Shown piece by piece: positions 1 to 13,040 of a DNA stretch of 64,000 nucleotides (positions within the stretch are counted from its first letter, which is position 1; each line of letters begins with the position of its first letter). The notes under the pieces are model-generated. The model was not told the DNA's origin. It saw only the letters and a program-made list of their open reading frames with translations, and ran no database searches. The DNA is from Camelus dromedarius (lineage: Eukaryota), in NCBI RefSeq assembly GCF_036321535.1, contig NC_087437.1, positions 90,770,001 to 90,834,000 of the forward strand, read 5' to 3'. A program made the translations under genes and the position numbers.

Positions 1-379
1 ATGTGCTATAATTTTCTTTTATTTAAGTTTTTCTGATTCTATTAAAATGTAATATAATATGTGACTTTATTTAATATTGAATATACTTTTGCTATAATTT
101 AGTTATGCTAACTTGTCTCTTTTAACTTATTGTGTCTTGTAAAGCAGGACACAATTTTAGTTTTTGATAGAGTGTTTAGGGAAAGAAACCAAAGCTTAAA
201 AGCATTTTGTGCGTATATTAAAATCTTTCATATTAAACTTTCTGATTATTTTAGTTATTTCCATAATAGTATAAAACATATTCTGCATGCTACTCATAAA
301 AATAGCCTCTTAATTGTGGCTTCTTACTATATAAATAAAACCAATACTAAAAGTCAAATTACATGGCCTTAAGTAGGGG

Positions 380-965
380 GTGGAGGAGCTCAACTTAGCA
401 ACAGGTTGTATAAAAGATTTAGGAGATTCTGTTCACAATATGCTGAAGCCATCTCATAGTGACTGTGCTGCAAGCTTTGTAAACTGGTGTAAATATAAGA
501 CGAAGGACAAGGAAGGGAGGTGCAATAGTCCTGCCTGACTCTTCAGTGGTCAGTCTACTGAAGAATGGAGACAGACATTGGAACCACACTAGTGAACCAT
601 ATATGGAAGACTAGGAATGTGTTTCCTGAAGAAGAAAAGTTGCAAGAAACATTAATGTCTTGAAACATTTGGATGGTTGTTATATGAAAGAAGGTATTAA
701 TAGATTTGCTCTAGGTGGAAGCTAAAGGAAAATAAGTTTTTGCTAACCTGAGGTATAACTTTTTTTTTCAAGTACTTTCTATATAGGTAAGGTATAATTT
801 TTAAACTCTGAGTTTACTGGTGATGAAATAAACTAATTCTAGATGTCATAAGCTCCTCATCATTAATTGTTTAAATAGGATGTTGTAAATGAATTTAAAG
901 CATTGGAAGATGTGTTGGGCAGGATGACCTTTAGGGCTCCTTTCAGCCCTGAAATTCCATGATCC
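380..965 (+). mobile_element. L3/CR1 LINE 3' fragment (ancient)
   Basis: CR1-like motifs 'aaaagatttaggagatt', 'agggaggtgcaatagtcc...tggtcag', 'tcttgaaacatttggatggttgttatatgaaagaagg' and the 3' end 'ggatgacctttagggctcctttcagccctgaaattccatgat'. Confidence 0.65.
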
Positions 966-2149
966 ATTGATTCAGATACAACTCACTCAGGCCCTTATTT
1001 AGGCAAAATTTCTTCTGCTGCTTCATAATTAGCTGACAAGACTAATTTAGTTCAATAAACATTTAAAAAAAATTTTACCCTGTATGATGTCTTGTACTGC
1101 ATATTGGAAGTACAGGCATTGTACTTTAAGAGCTAAACCATAGAAACCTGCAAACTGATACATCATTGTATGATAGGATATGCCATGTGATTGAGGGTAG
1201 AAAGGAGGATCAGGGAGAAGAAAGCAAGAAAGGCTCACCTATGAAGGAATCTTTGACCTGGGTTTGTATGGTGAATGAGACCAAATTACAAGAAAACACA
1301 CTTATATTAAGAACTGGGGATTTAACTTAGGGAGATGCATCAAATTCAGTGATATGTACCCCTAAATGCTTCAGCTTTTCTACTTTAGATCTCAACTTTG
1401 TCCCTTGGAGTATAGGACAATGACACTAAGGCCCAACAAAATCCTCCGCAACTGTTTTCAGCAGTTAGGCCTTCTGAGGTGTTGACTCCAGAATGTTAGA
1501 AAACAATACTGACTTTCTGCTATTTATTTAAAGAAACATCAGATTCACTTTGTCCCAGTGTTTCCCAGCTGATGTGGTTGACCAGCAGTTGATGAAGGCT
1601 GTAAGATATTTTTTTTAAAGAAAGCTTTATTTTCTCAATATTACCTCAGACATCCTGGGAAAGAATGTTTCTTATCTGTTTTCTGGTTCTGCTGGTTGAG
1701 AGCATTGTAGAACATTTAAGAGTCCCAGACGTGGTGGCTAGAGATACTGACTTGGGGCATATCCATTCCACAGGTGTCCTCTTCCACTTCTCCAGTTTTG
1801 TGTGGCAGTAACTCTCACCTCATTCATACTAAAAGACTTATTGAGTACTTGTTCAATTCTAGGTATAAATAGTAAGCCAGGTAGACATAGCTCCTTACTG
1901 TTTACAGAGCAAGAATATTGAAATCTGTGTAAGTAGTGAGTGTGTATACAGAGATTAGTAGAATAGAATTGATATCTGGAGATATAAAACAATGGGGAAT
2001 GAGGGATTATTTAGTAACTTGTTTTCTAGTAGTTGGTTTATTTGGAGAAAAATAAGACTTGCTTTATAATATACTTAAAATAATTTCTACATGGATTAAA
2101 GATTAAATTGTGAAAACAAAAAAACACAAAAAATCTTAGAATGGAAAAA

Positions 2150-2760
2150 GACTAATTATTAAATGAGTGAAATAAACAAAAAAGAAAATATGGACACATG
2201 ATCATATACATGTCAATATCATAAATAAAATTCAAAAGGTAAACTGGGAAAGAATGTAAAAATATTTGCAGAACAAAGTCTAGGGAAGATAAAATAGAGA
2301 TGAACAAGCCCTTAAAATAAACAATGATGAAGAAAAATCACAAAATATATAAAAATCTTCAGAAAAATAAAAATAATGTCCAATCTCATTAATAATGTAA
2401 AATGGAAAAAATGAGGTTGCTACCTCTTATATTAATACATTTATTTTGTTTTATTTTTGCATTGATTTTAATAGTAATTCATGGAGTTGTCCAGGGGTGA
2501 ATGAAACTTGCATTTTAATTTTGTTTTAGTGGGAGAAGAAATTAATAAAATTTCTTGTTGGGCATTTGGTAATATTTGTCAAGAGTCTTATAAATCTTCA
2601 AATCCTTTGACTAGCAATTCCACTTTTTAGAATTTATAGTATAAAAATTTGAGATGCTCATGAAGAGGTATTTCAAGATGTTTACTACAGCTAAGTATAA
2701 AACAAAAACCTATAAACAATTTAAATATTTATCAATTATACGAATTATATTATTTATCAA
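2150..2760 (+). mobile_element. Old L1 (L1ME-like) ORF2-end fragment
   Basis: A-rich sense strand with 'cctttgactagcaattccactttttagaattta' and 'aagatgtttactacagc'. Confidence 0.5.
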
Positions 2761-2899
2761 ATAATATAAATTAACAAATTAAAAATTATAGGAAAATCAT
2801 ATTCTAAAAATCATTTTTGCTTCATTAGTGAAGTGACATCTTATTTTTGTCCTTACTGATTGTTCAAAGTTCATTGAAATCACGAGTTCAAATAAATTC

Positions 2900-3845
2900 T
2901 ATCATTCATTCCTTTATGCATTTTGTAAGAATTTATTGTTGATTTACTATGCTTTTGTGTTATTACTGTGTTCCAATGGAGAAATGCATTGTTCTAGGCA
3001 TTGGAAATCCTACAACTAAAAAAAATATGTAAATATGTTTCTACTTTTGTACAGCTTTCATTCTAGAAGATGAGCTCACCATAACCAAATTATTTCAGAT
3101 GGTAATAGCTTATGGAAAATAAATAATGAGAAATAGGATAGACATAATTTGGGGATATGTGCTACAATTGTACTATTTACAAATAGTTTTCAGGGAAAGT
3201 CTCTGATAAGGTGACATTTAAAAGAGACCTAGAAGTGGTAGGGAAATAAGTCATGCCGATCTCTGGGTGATGAATAGTACGAAAGAAGCAACAGAATTCT
3301 GAGGTCCCTAAGGCAGAACCAGGAGCAGTATGGAAACCAGTGAGAGTGGAGTGGTATGAAACTTGGAATAGTGGTCAGAAATGAGCATTAAGAGATAGGA
3401 AGGGAGTGAGCCTGGATCTATAGGACCCAGTCTGTATGCCATACTAAGAGTTCTAGGTTTTTTTGTTCCCTTGTCCTTCTCTTCCTCCTCCTCCTCTTCC
3501 TATAGGAGTGATCACAGTGTCGAGCTGCTGATGGGTTGATAGAGATGAAGACTCAGGAGAGACCATGGGATTTGACAACATGACAGTCATTTGTGATTTG
3601 ATAAGATTAATTAGGGGAAAGTTCTGGAAGAAATTCAGACTAGAGAGAATAGGAACTAAGAAAGTACAGGCAGTGAGGAGAGACAACTATTTGGATCTTT
3701 TGATAAAAAGAAAGTATAGTGGCTAGAGGGCACGTGGGAAAAAGAGTTTTTAAAATCGATATAGTAATGCATGTTTCTTCCCTGATGAGAATGATTCAAG
3801 AGAGGGAGATAAATTGATGACTCAAGAGAAAGAGGGAGATAATCA
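2900..3845 (-). mobile_element. L2 LINE fragment
   Basis: Begins with the reverse L2 tail 'cattcattcc...atttattg...tgttctaggcattgg', then 'cagggaaagtctctgataaggtgacatttaaaagagacctagaag'. Confidence 0.7.
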
Positions 3846-4039
3846 AGCTTGTCATGTTAGCACCTACAATAGCAAGGTCATACTTTCAATTATTCCTGTA
3901 AAAACAGGGATCTTTGACATTTTTCTCATTTCATGTCTAACATTCAAAGCAGAGAAGTAGAGGCCCAGAGCTCAAATCTCTGTCTTATCTATCAAGAATC
4001 CCCTATGAGATAAAGGGCCACGGCATATCAACACTCTTA

Positions 4040-4260
4040 GCTATCTGCCTCTTCATTTCAAAAATAACTACATCTACCTCTACTTTTACTTTCCACCATC
4101 TTATTTCAGGGAATAAGTCTCTCCTACCCAAAGGTGATCCTTTGTTTTGTGGATCTGTTCACAAACGACTAACTCAGATTGTTTTCTATTCTTTTCAACA
4201 GAAACAGCATTAACAAGGACATGCTGAAAATGTATTTTATAATCGAAGAATGAATGAACC
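4040..4260 (+). mobile_element. L2 fragment
   Basis: Pyrimidine-rich L2-like body ending in the tail 'gaatgaatgaa'. Confidence 0.4.
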
Positions 4261-5254
4261 TAAACAAATTTCTCACCATCTAATCTATGTACTATAGACA
4301 GTCACATAATACCAAAACATGGAAGAAAGCATGTATGCACATACAGGCATACCATTTTTTATCATCTAGTTCCTAATTTTTCAGAAACCTCATTTGCAAA
4401 CTGTAAACAAACTACTGAAGTCAACTTCATTGGTTCAAAAATTAATTTACTTCAGAAACAATAATTTATTGGTGATAACAGATTTAGCAGGCACCAAGAA
4501 GCTAAAATCAACCAAATTCTGCCACAACAAGGTGTTCCTTAGTGTGCTACCATTGTCGATAACACTACCTATTTGTTGTATAACCACTTATTTGTGTTGT
4601 CACTGGATTCAGTTGTTCCTGAATTCTCATCATTCTTCCCACTGCTAGTGTTGTCATGAATAATCTCTATATCTTTGGCAGAGCATATGTCATGTGACTG
4701 TTCTCTAGTTGATAAGGAATAGAAAGAGGGTTATTTTCCTACTTGCAGTTTTCATAAGAAGAATTTATGATCAAACTTTCACATAATACATGTTAGGGGA
4801 AAAAACCTGACCATTTGATTTGAGATGTGTTGGATTAAAAACAAACGCTTGCTTTATATGAGCTTCTGAAAGCATACAAAGCATCCAGTGACGTTAGACT
4901 AGCCCATACTGAAGTAGTGTCTCCTTGGTGTTTTTGTTTTTTTAACAGAACCCATCGTGAAATAGGTTGACAATTTTACTTCTTGGAAGATATACCCAAA
5001 AGCATAATTATCATCCAGTGCATGTTTCTTTGGGAGTAAGATGAAAGTGGCAATAAGCGATGTCTGTATTTTTTCTAATTTTGTTACTGGACATGCCTGA
5101 CATTTGGTTTTACATTCCTCAATTACAATAGCTTTCTGCTAGTGGAAGAATTGTCTCAAGTCAGCAATTGATGTGCTCAAATACTGTGTAATCTCCAAAA
5201 ACCTTATGAAAACATGAATTTTTGAATTAAGATTTGATTTTTCAAGATTTTCTC

Positions 5255-5420
5255 TGTCATTATCTAGCTGTTGGGAGATGGTCAAGTTCTCTAATTCCTC
5301 CAACTCCATCTATGAAATTGTTACAGTAATACCTCACTTTCAGTATTGAAATTTATATTAAACACAAAAATAATAAATATAAGTACTTTGGGGGTGAATA
5401 TCTAAAAGTTATGCAAATTA
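5255..5420 (+). mobile_element. MIR SINE fragment
   Basis: 'ctagctgttggg...ggtcaagttctctaattcctc...catctatgaaattg...taatacctcac' resembles the MIR core. Confidence 0.5.
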
Positions 5421-5954
5421 TAGATACTATTATATTTGGAAAGCTATGTTTAATTCTTCAAACAGATTAGTTTTAGAAAGCAATGTTAGATTATGGGAAA
5501 AAAACTAAGTGATTAGAATCTTCATATAGTATAACTTATAATTAAGAAAAAATCTAATTGGAGACGTATACTTAATAAAATAGTATTTTTTTCACTATCT
5601 GCTTCAGATTTTAGCCTGAACATTCTCCTGTTCCCATTACAGATGCAATGTTAGTGAAGACTGGAAATAATTATTATCTGATGGTCACTGAATTTTATGA
5701 AATCTTCTAACAGAGAAAAGTGCACTTTCCTCAGTGGGGCCTAAAACAATGCCAATGAACTCTGTAAGAGCTTCATGAATACTTTATGATAATTCAAGAG
5801 GCCACATGTCCAAATTCACAGTCATTGATAACATTTTGGCACACATATCACATAGTGGCAATATTGGCAGCTTTGGATGCTGGATTGATGCTAGGGATGG
5901 TTTGTTTTAATTAAGAGTTGGAGTGTCTTGGCAGGAAGCACATAGGGAGCTTAA

Positions 5955-6280
5955 TGAGCACTTGAGTAAAGAATTAGAAAATCTGGGTTCTAGACCTATT
6001 TTTGCTTTGCTTATTAATTATGAAATTTATATGTTTTATCTCTGTTCATATACTAAGAGTTTATAAGAAACACAACAAAATGCTAAATTATAACCTAAAG
6101 ATACATTTTTCAGGCTAAGATAGTCTCCAATTTACTAGCTCTACAAAACTTAGGTCATTGTGTAACCCATTAAACTTTATATATTTAGTTTTTTAAATAC
6201 TTTGGAGTTGTCAGGATCAAATAAGGTAATATTCAACCTCTGAAAACTCTAAAGCACTATACAAATATAAGGTGTTATAT
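5955..6280 (+). mobile_element. MIR SINE fragments
   Basis: 'gaattagaaaatctgggttctagacc' and 'gttgtcaggatcaaataaggtaata...aaactctaaagcactatacaaatataagg'. Confidence 0.5.
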
Positions 6281-8085
6281 TTATGGTATATATCAGTATC
6301 ACATTTAGCACTGGCTTAGGATGAGTGAGAACAACATTTTCATAGCGTACATTAAACTGATTTTTGTAGTGACAAGCCTCTATCTCAGTGATATTTGTTT
6401 TAAGGAGTATCTCTTGTGTGGTACACAGAGGTGACTAGAGAAGTTTCAGGCATCTGTCATCTACTATCATCTAACATTAGGCTAGTATATCAGGATTAAT
6501 TGAGAAATACCTGGGCTTAAAAATCATGTCTATCCATAAGTCTGTGGTCTTATGTATATCTCTTAGCACTACAACATAAAGATAGCAGTTGCTAGAAATG
6601 ACCCCAATGAGGGTTCTAGGAAAAGGCATATAATTAAACAAAAGCTATAATTTGAATTAGTATTATTCATTCTTATGGACAAATTCTTTGCTATCTTGCC
6701 TTATACAAGAAAAAATACTTTAGCAGATGTCTATCACCTTGATATTATGTATCACCTTCTACCAGAAGCAAAGATGAAATGCCTTAATCAGTCCTTAAGA
6801 GAGTACAGTATAGGCGTCCAGGGGAATTGTCCTCATCCCCTTGGAATGCATGTTGTTTCCATAGACTCCTTTTAAGAAAATCCTCTTCGAAGGGCTATTT
6901 CAAATGAGAGAAGAACACACTTCCTTTATGATGTGGTGACATTTGAGGGGCATAAAAGAAAATATACTGCCTCAAAATATAGCACCTTCATCTTCTTCCT
7001 TCTTATTAATTTGGGATAGGAGGTTTATTACTTGACATATTAAGACTTACCTGTCATTAATAACTTAGTTTCAATGGTTCGTCAGAGCATTCCCAATGGA
7101 AGACTGCTGGAAATGAGATTTTTCTCTTGGGTAGGTTGGGAAGTCAAGATCCACACATGGCTTGGGAAGGGGAGAAATCAGAAAATGGAGAGAGGGCATG
7201 GGTTTGAGAGACTTGGGTTTAGAGCAGCGGAGATACACATATATTACTGAGTGGACAACGGTCATAAAGAGGGAGGGAAAGGTAGGTAGGAGTGATTTCT
7301 AGAAGAATTTCTGCACTTGTAAAGGGACATACAAGGAAAAGCTGCAGTTCCATACACACATTACTTTGGTTATCACTGAGGCAAATCTGATTGGTAAGAT
7401 TACCATGCCCCGTATTTTGGCCCTCCTAAACTAAGTCCCTGATATTTGACAGTTGCCACATGAGCATGAAGCTGTTCAACTGGTGCCAGATTGGCTAATC
7501 AAACAGATATGAAGGCAATGGTGAGAAGTAGTTTTATTGCCTAGTTCTTCTCCTTATAACAATTTCAACACTTCAGTCTCTAGAAACGTCAGTCCTCTAT
7601 TCTTCTTATGCTGGAAGGAATGTTTTGTGTTAATGCCATGAAATGAGCATTTGATGCACAGAAATCTGCAAATCAACTTTTCACATTAGTTACCATTACA
7701 ATGATTCACTCCAGGGATGCCATTTCTAGGCCAAACCACGTAACTATTATTCAGTAGCAAAACGGAAGAGAAATAAATGCTTAATCTTTAAAACAAGAAT
7801 GCATTTTGTGAATTCTAGAGAGGAGATCTCCACAGAAGAGAGAATCTGAAACAGTTTTTCTCTGTGGAAGAGTCAATGACTGCAAAGTACTGCACATCCC
7901 AGGCACGTTTATACTGATAGAATATGGTGTGAAAATCAGCAGTTATGTTAGGGCCCTAAATGCTGCTTCTACAGCCCAAACTGCTATATTCTCTGTCATC
8001 CCTGATTTGAAGCAGTAGGTCTTCCTTGACCATTTTTTTTGTTTTGTTTTCATTTTTCTCTTTTAAAATTTCATTTTGCTTCCAG

Positions 8086-8225
8086 TAAATTCTGTGGGGA
8101 TGATAACTGACAAAGCAGAGTAAAGAAGTTGTGTGCTAGTTTAATTGTTTGCCTCAAAGTCATATTCCAATATTATCATCAGTTCAGTCACAGTCCATTC
8201 AGGATTTCAGATGAAATCTAAGAAG
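8086..8225 (+). other. Candidate non-coding or 5' UTR exon (140 nt)
   Basis: Roughly 55-nt pyrimidine-rich tract with branch-like 'ccttgac' ending 'ttttgcttccag|'; donor 'AAG|gtaaac'; stops in all three frames; ATG at 8211 (MKSKK) runs into the donor. Confidence 0.35.
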
Positions 8226-8299
8226 GTAAACAATTTAAAATAAGTTTTATGTTCTGCTTGTGGAGAGCAGACAGATCATTGCATCCATCAAATCCCTGT

Positions 8300-8720
8300 T
8301 TACTTCAATAGAGACTGGCATGAGCTTAAACTAGCAAAAACTGCTCCTGCTCTGTTGCTGTTAGTATTCTCAGCTGCTTCACAGTCCAAGGCCAGCAGCA
8401 GGAGATCACTTAGGCGTCCATCGCCCATAGTGGTTTTTACAGAATATAATCCCTAACTCACTTTATCACAAAGAAGCCCCTTTCATTTGGAAGTGCAGAA
8501 ACTAGTAAAGAGAACACAATACAGTTTTTGACAGTATGGCTGATAAACTCTTGATAATGTAGTAGAGGGCTCAGTGTTTTAGCATTGTTCAATTAGAGGA
8601 TTTTTTTTTAAGTTAAAGATGTTTTGACTGCTTTGGCCCTTTGGGTTCAGGCAGAGTATTACTGAATAGGGTATCAAATAATGACAAAAGGGCAGAAGTG
8701 AAATTTTAAAATATGTGGGT
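8300..8720 (-). mobile_element. Fossil hAT-superfamily DNA transposase, C-terminal dimerisation domain
   Basis: Minus-strand translation 'VFSLLVSALPNERGFFVIK*VRDY-(frameshift)-KTTMGDGRLSDLLLLALDCEAAENTNSNRAGAVFASL' matches the hATC pattern 'LTLPVSSAxxERSFSxLKRVKxYLRSTMGxxRLSxLxLLA'; the upstream boundary is uncertain. Confidence 0.65.
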
Positions 8721-10010
8721 AAAAATGGATTGGAATACAGAATTTATGGGGTGCAAGTATAACTACTCTGTCAATTGTTTGTAAAAAATAGAGTTCCTTC
8801 AATGCACAGTGCAGCTCTAATCTTTACTTGCATGTTATTAAGTATATGCAATTAATTGCTATCACACCTAGAGATGCAAAAACAAATTAAAATAAAAACT
8901 GCACAATAGGCTATGCAATTTGAAAACTTGCAGATTGCTGTTTTAAGAATCATTGACTTCATTCTTCAATGATTTTTATCATCTACTACAGAATAACTGT
9001 TATCATTCATATCATAAGAATTGATTCCTTAATTTTGTGTAACAGCTGTCTCATGATGATAATAAAATAATGCCTGATGTTAATGAAAAATTCAAGATAT
9101 AAATTACATTTGCTCAACCACTTTTATTTTTCTAAACTGGAAATAAAAATGAATTCAAATTTCTAATGCAAAAATAATGTATCTTTAAAGTCTATTTAAA
9201 TTGTTTGTGAAAATTCACCTTGAAGTCAAGTGTTAATGATTTCTTAACCTTTTCGTATAATTAGTCTAAATTTTCACATATGGGCTTGCTCACCTACTCC
9301 ACTAGTGAAACATAAATCCATTTTCTATATATACTAGTTATGGCAAATAACTAAATTATTGTTTTTTCAGTCATAATTAAGGTGTTGATAGTTAATCTAA
9401 GTCCCCAGTGGCCTCATAATTACTTTAAATTTACACTATAGTATAGATTGATATAGACTGATGCAGTACTTCTAGACTTTACCAAAACTAAGGACAATAA
9501 TAGGTGTTATCAAAACTGTGCATGGAATGAATGTAAAATGCTTGGCTGATGTTTCATAAATGAATTTACTTTGAAGGGATTGTGTTGTTTATTACTAATC
9601 TCATTGAGGAAACAAATCTAGAATTGACCAAATCTAATCATATCTTGTAGAGAAATTATATAAGTTTTCTAATTGTTAAGGTCAAATGATAGTCTTCAAT
9701 GGAACATGAAATAGAAATTGAATTCAGCTGGTAAGATAATGTTTACATCACGATCTAAAATCTTTGCTTAATTCCTCAAACATTAGCAAATGTATTACCT
9801 TAGACCTCATTTTCTTCTCTCCAGGTTTTTGAGAAGAGTCAAACAGGGTACTATTTTTATCAAATTGAGCCTTTTTGAAGAAAATTTTCTCTATGTTCTG
9901 GCTTTACCATTCTAAATATAAATTTTGATGACTTTTTAGATAGAATGATCTAAAAGATCATTTAGATGATAGAAACATGTATATCAAGATATGATCAGAC
10001 TTATCTTGAG

Positions 10011-10132
10011 AAAAAAATGTGACAATGAGTGTGTATATGTCCATGAATAACTGAAAAATTGTGCTGAACACTGGAATTTGACACAACATTGTAAAATGAT
10101 TATAAATCAATAAAAAATGTTAAAAAAATAAA
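10011..10132 (+). mobile_element. Young L1 extreme 3' end (camelid-type 3' UTR)
   Basis: 'aatgtgacaatgagtgtgtatatgtccatgaataactgaaaaattgtgctgaacactggaatttgacacaacattgtaaaatgattataaatcaataaaaaatgttaaaaaa' with poly(A) signal and A tail. Confidence 0.7.
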
Positions 10133-10247
10133 CTAGATACATGCTGTTTCACTGACATAAATCATCAAAGTATTTTTAAAATGTCATGATACTCTATGTA
10201 ATGTGGACAGATGATCATCAAGTCAGAATAGGATATATCTGACTGAT

Positions 10248-10272
10248 ACACACACACACACACACACACACA
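10248..10272. repeat. (CA)n microsatellite
   Basis: Directly visible. Confidence 0.95.
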
Positions 10273-11444
10273 AAATAAATTGTTCAAGCTTGTTGTTTTT
10301 TCAGTACTTTATAGGGTAAATAATCCATGTTCATTGAGAAATAGAGCCAGTGGAGTCAATTTAATTTCTTGCTTTCCATATGCTGCCTAAATATTTGAGG
10401 ATATATAACTCATCTCAAAATATTTAGTTTCTGAGAAAACTTTGAGACCTTGTCATTTGATCATTTGGTTTAAGGTGCTCTAAGAGTAGAAATTAATTTT
10501 TCTTAGAAGTCCCTGAGATTTCTGTGCTGATCCCAGGAAAATAATTTAGTATTCCATAAAAGTTTAAAAAATTCAGTAAGTACATTTGGAAAAGAAAAGC
10601 AAATTTCATGGAGCTCATTATTTGTAGTGAGATTATTGATGTAAAATAGAATTACTATGCTATGCTTACTTTTGTCTTTTTATCTTCTCTGAGTTACATT
10701 CCTACAGAAGAAAAGCAGTACTTATCTATTCCTGGAGTATATTACTTTTCTGAGAATAGTCTTTAGAAAACCTACAGAAAATATTTCCAGAAAATATTTC
10801 TTAATCGCTGAAATTTCCCATATGTACAATTATCAAATGGAATAGACCCTCATTTCTCGAATCATCATGTTTTATGTTGAAATAAATCCCCTACCCAATA
10901 GTAATGTGTTTAAAATACAGTAGAAGATATGTGGAAGTAAAATAGGAGAATAGAATACGTGTATCAGAAAGAGAGAGGGTATCTGGGTATGATTCAGAAG
11001 TGAACATAAATATAAGAGTGATGGAACAAGGAAGAGAAGGCAGAGGTGTCAAAAGAGCCAGAACAAAGTGAACTGGTGACACTGAGTGTAAGTGTCACAA
11101 AAAAATTGGGAGGAAGTAGAGAGTAAAGATGAGTGAAAAAATCAGATGGCTAAAGGACAGGTGTGTTACTCTTAAAAATTCCAAGTCATGTTTAAAGCCA
11201 CATTTTCCTAGTTGCATAGAGTGTCTTATCCCTGGGCATGCGCTGACCTAAGAAATAGACATAGTATCCTTGTCAAAGTGTCTAAATTCTAAAGTGATAC
11301 CTACCATATAAATTTTTAAACAAGTAATAAATATTAATCATTGTGATACATTTTATACAACTATCATCTGAGCATTTCAAAACATTTTGCAAACAGTTGT
11401 TACAAAGCCCCTTTAATTAATATTGGTGCCAGGGATGATCAGAC

Positions 11445-11560
11445 TAAACATTTATTGAGAGGCATCAGTGTGAAACATTTCATAGACTTGATTTGATCTA
11501 ACAAAGCAGACAATAAACATGTGAAAATAGATGACTTACTCAAGAGGGACTTATCTGGCA
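11445..11560 (-). mobile_element. MIR fragment
   Basis: 'aacatttattgag...tgacttactcaag'. Confidence 0.35.
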
Positions 11561-12789
11561 TTCACTCCATTTTATATTGTCATGGATTATGGACCCCTCC
11601 AAGGACCTTTGGGTTCAAGGGGAGAAACTGACATGATTAAATAAAAGTGAATGTTAAAAATAGATTTTGAAGAAGAAATTAACGCGTCTGAAAATTCAGG
11701 AGAGTTTAAGAAGTCAAAGGAATTGCATGGAATCATACTTGAGGGAGACATTACAAAATGATCCAAGATCTTTCTAGAAAGCACTAAGAATTCCACAATA
11801 ATGGATAATTTCTCCCTCTCTACTTCTTTTCCTCTCCAAAGTCTTTAGATTTTCTGATTCCCAGTGAAGCATGTTGCCTTAGACTTCAACCCCAGATATC
11901 CCTTGAGATACTGAAATCTTGAGATACATGGTCGTTTTTTCTGTCTGAATAGTTAGCTAAAATTGTACCCAGCTGACCCTCATTGAAGCTTCAGTGGATA
12001 GTAAGGTATGTGATTACCATTGTCTGTAAAAGTTACTCAAATACTTGGAGGTCAAAATGAAGACTCTTTTTAGTAGGTGTTTCTTTCTTCTAAAACGTCA
12101 TATAACTGACATTACTATCTTTAGAACATTTAGCCATATTTTAAAATTCATTTGGACTTTTGTCCAGTTACCCATATCCTTAATAGTGAAACTATGGGAG
12201 GAATTTTAGCATAGGCAGTCCCAAACTCACCAAAGGTCTGAGCATCAAAATTTCTGATAAAAGTTGTTTGAAACACATGAAGAAACATTTTTATTTTATA
12301 TTTTATATCTTAGTTCATCTCTCAGAATTATACATAAGAAGTCTTTATGGTTTATAATGCCACTGAAATAGAGTAAGACTATCATTTAAAGCTTAGTCAC
12401 AATTTAAACATTGGTCTCTATGAAAAATCATTCCCAATGTTTTTGAGACTGAGACACAGCAATATGAATGGTATTTCCCTTTCTCTTCTGTATTTCACTT
12501 TTTAAGTATACTTTAGAAAAAGGAAGAGTGACCTTAAAGTCCTGAAATGTGAAGTGTTTGATCTACTTCCAGAAATTTGGAAAAGCTCAATATCCAGCTC
12601 GAGTGGCTATTTACAAAGCATAAACTGTGCATGTGTGGCCTGGAGATGGATTATTTATATTAAATATAAGGATCTGATATATGCCTGGAATACTGTGAAG
12701 AAGATCTACATATTCATATGCTTTTTGTTTAGGAAGATATGTATTTTGATTTCTTTTGTTTCTTAGATGTGAATTTTGGTCCAATATCA

Positions 12790-13040
12790 ACTAACATTTA
12801 TTTAGTGAGCTCCTGTTGAATAAACTCATAATATTGAAATTAAAGAAACCAGGAAATAATTAGACCTAATTACTGTCCTAAGGGCAGACACTACATGTAA
12901 GATTAATAACAAAAGATATTTAATTTTAAGTGTCAAACAAGATATTTGGCATTATAAACTATAAAGCTTCCAAATAAGGAAGTTTTGCTTTTAACTGAGA
13001 TGATCGGAGAAGGATTCATGAAGGTGAAAGTGTAATTGAT
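12790..13040 (-). mobile_element. L2 fragment
   Basis: 'aacatttatttagtgagctcctgtt...ggagaaggattcatgaaggtga'. Confidence 0.45.

Noticed and set aside
7829..7868. Short hairpin TCCACAGA...TCTGTGGA as a possible pre-miRNA
   Set aside because: Too short and bulged for a pre-miRNA; no recognised mature sequence
8330..8456. Plus-strand reading 'APALLLLVFSAASQSKASSRRSLRR' resembling a signal peptide with dibasic sites
   Set aside because: No in-frame ATG nearby; better explained as the antisense of the hAT fossil
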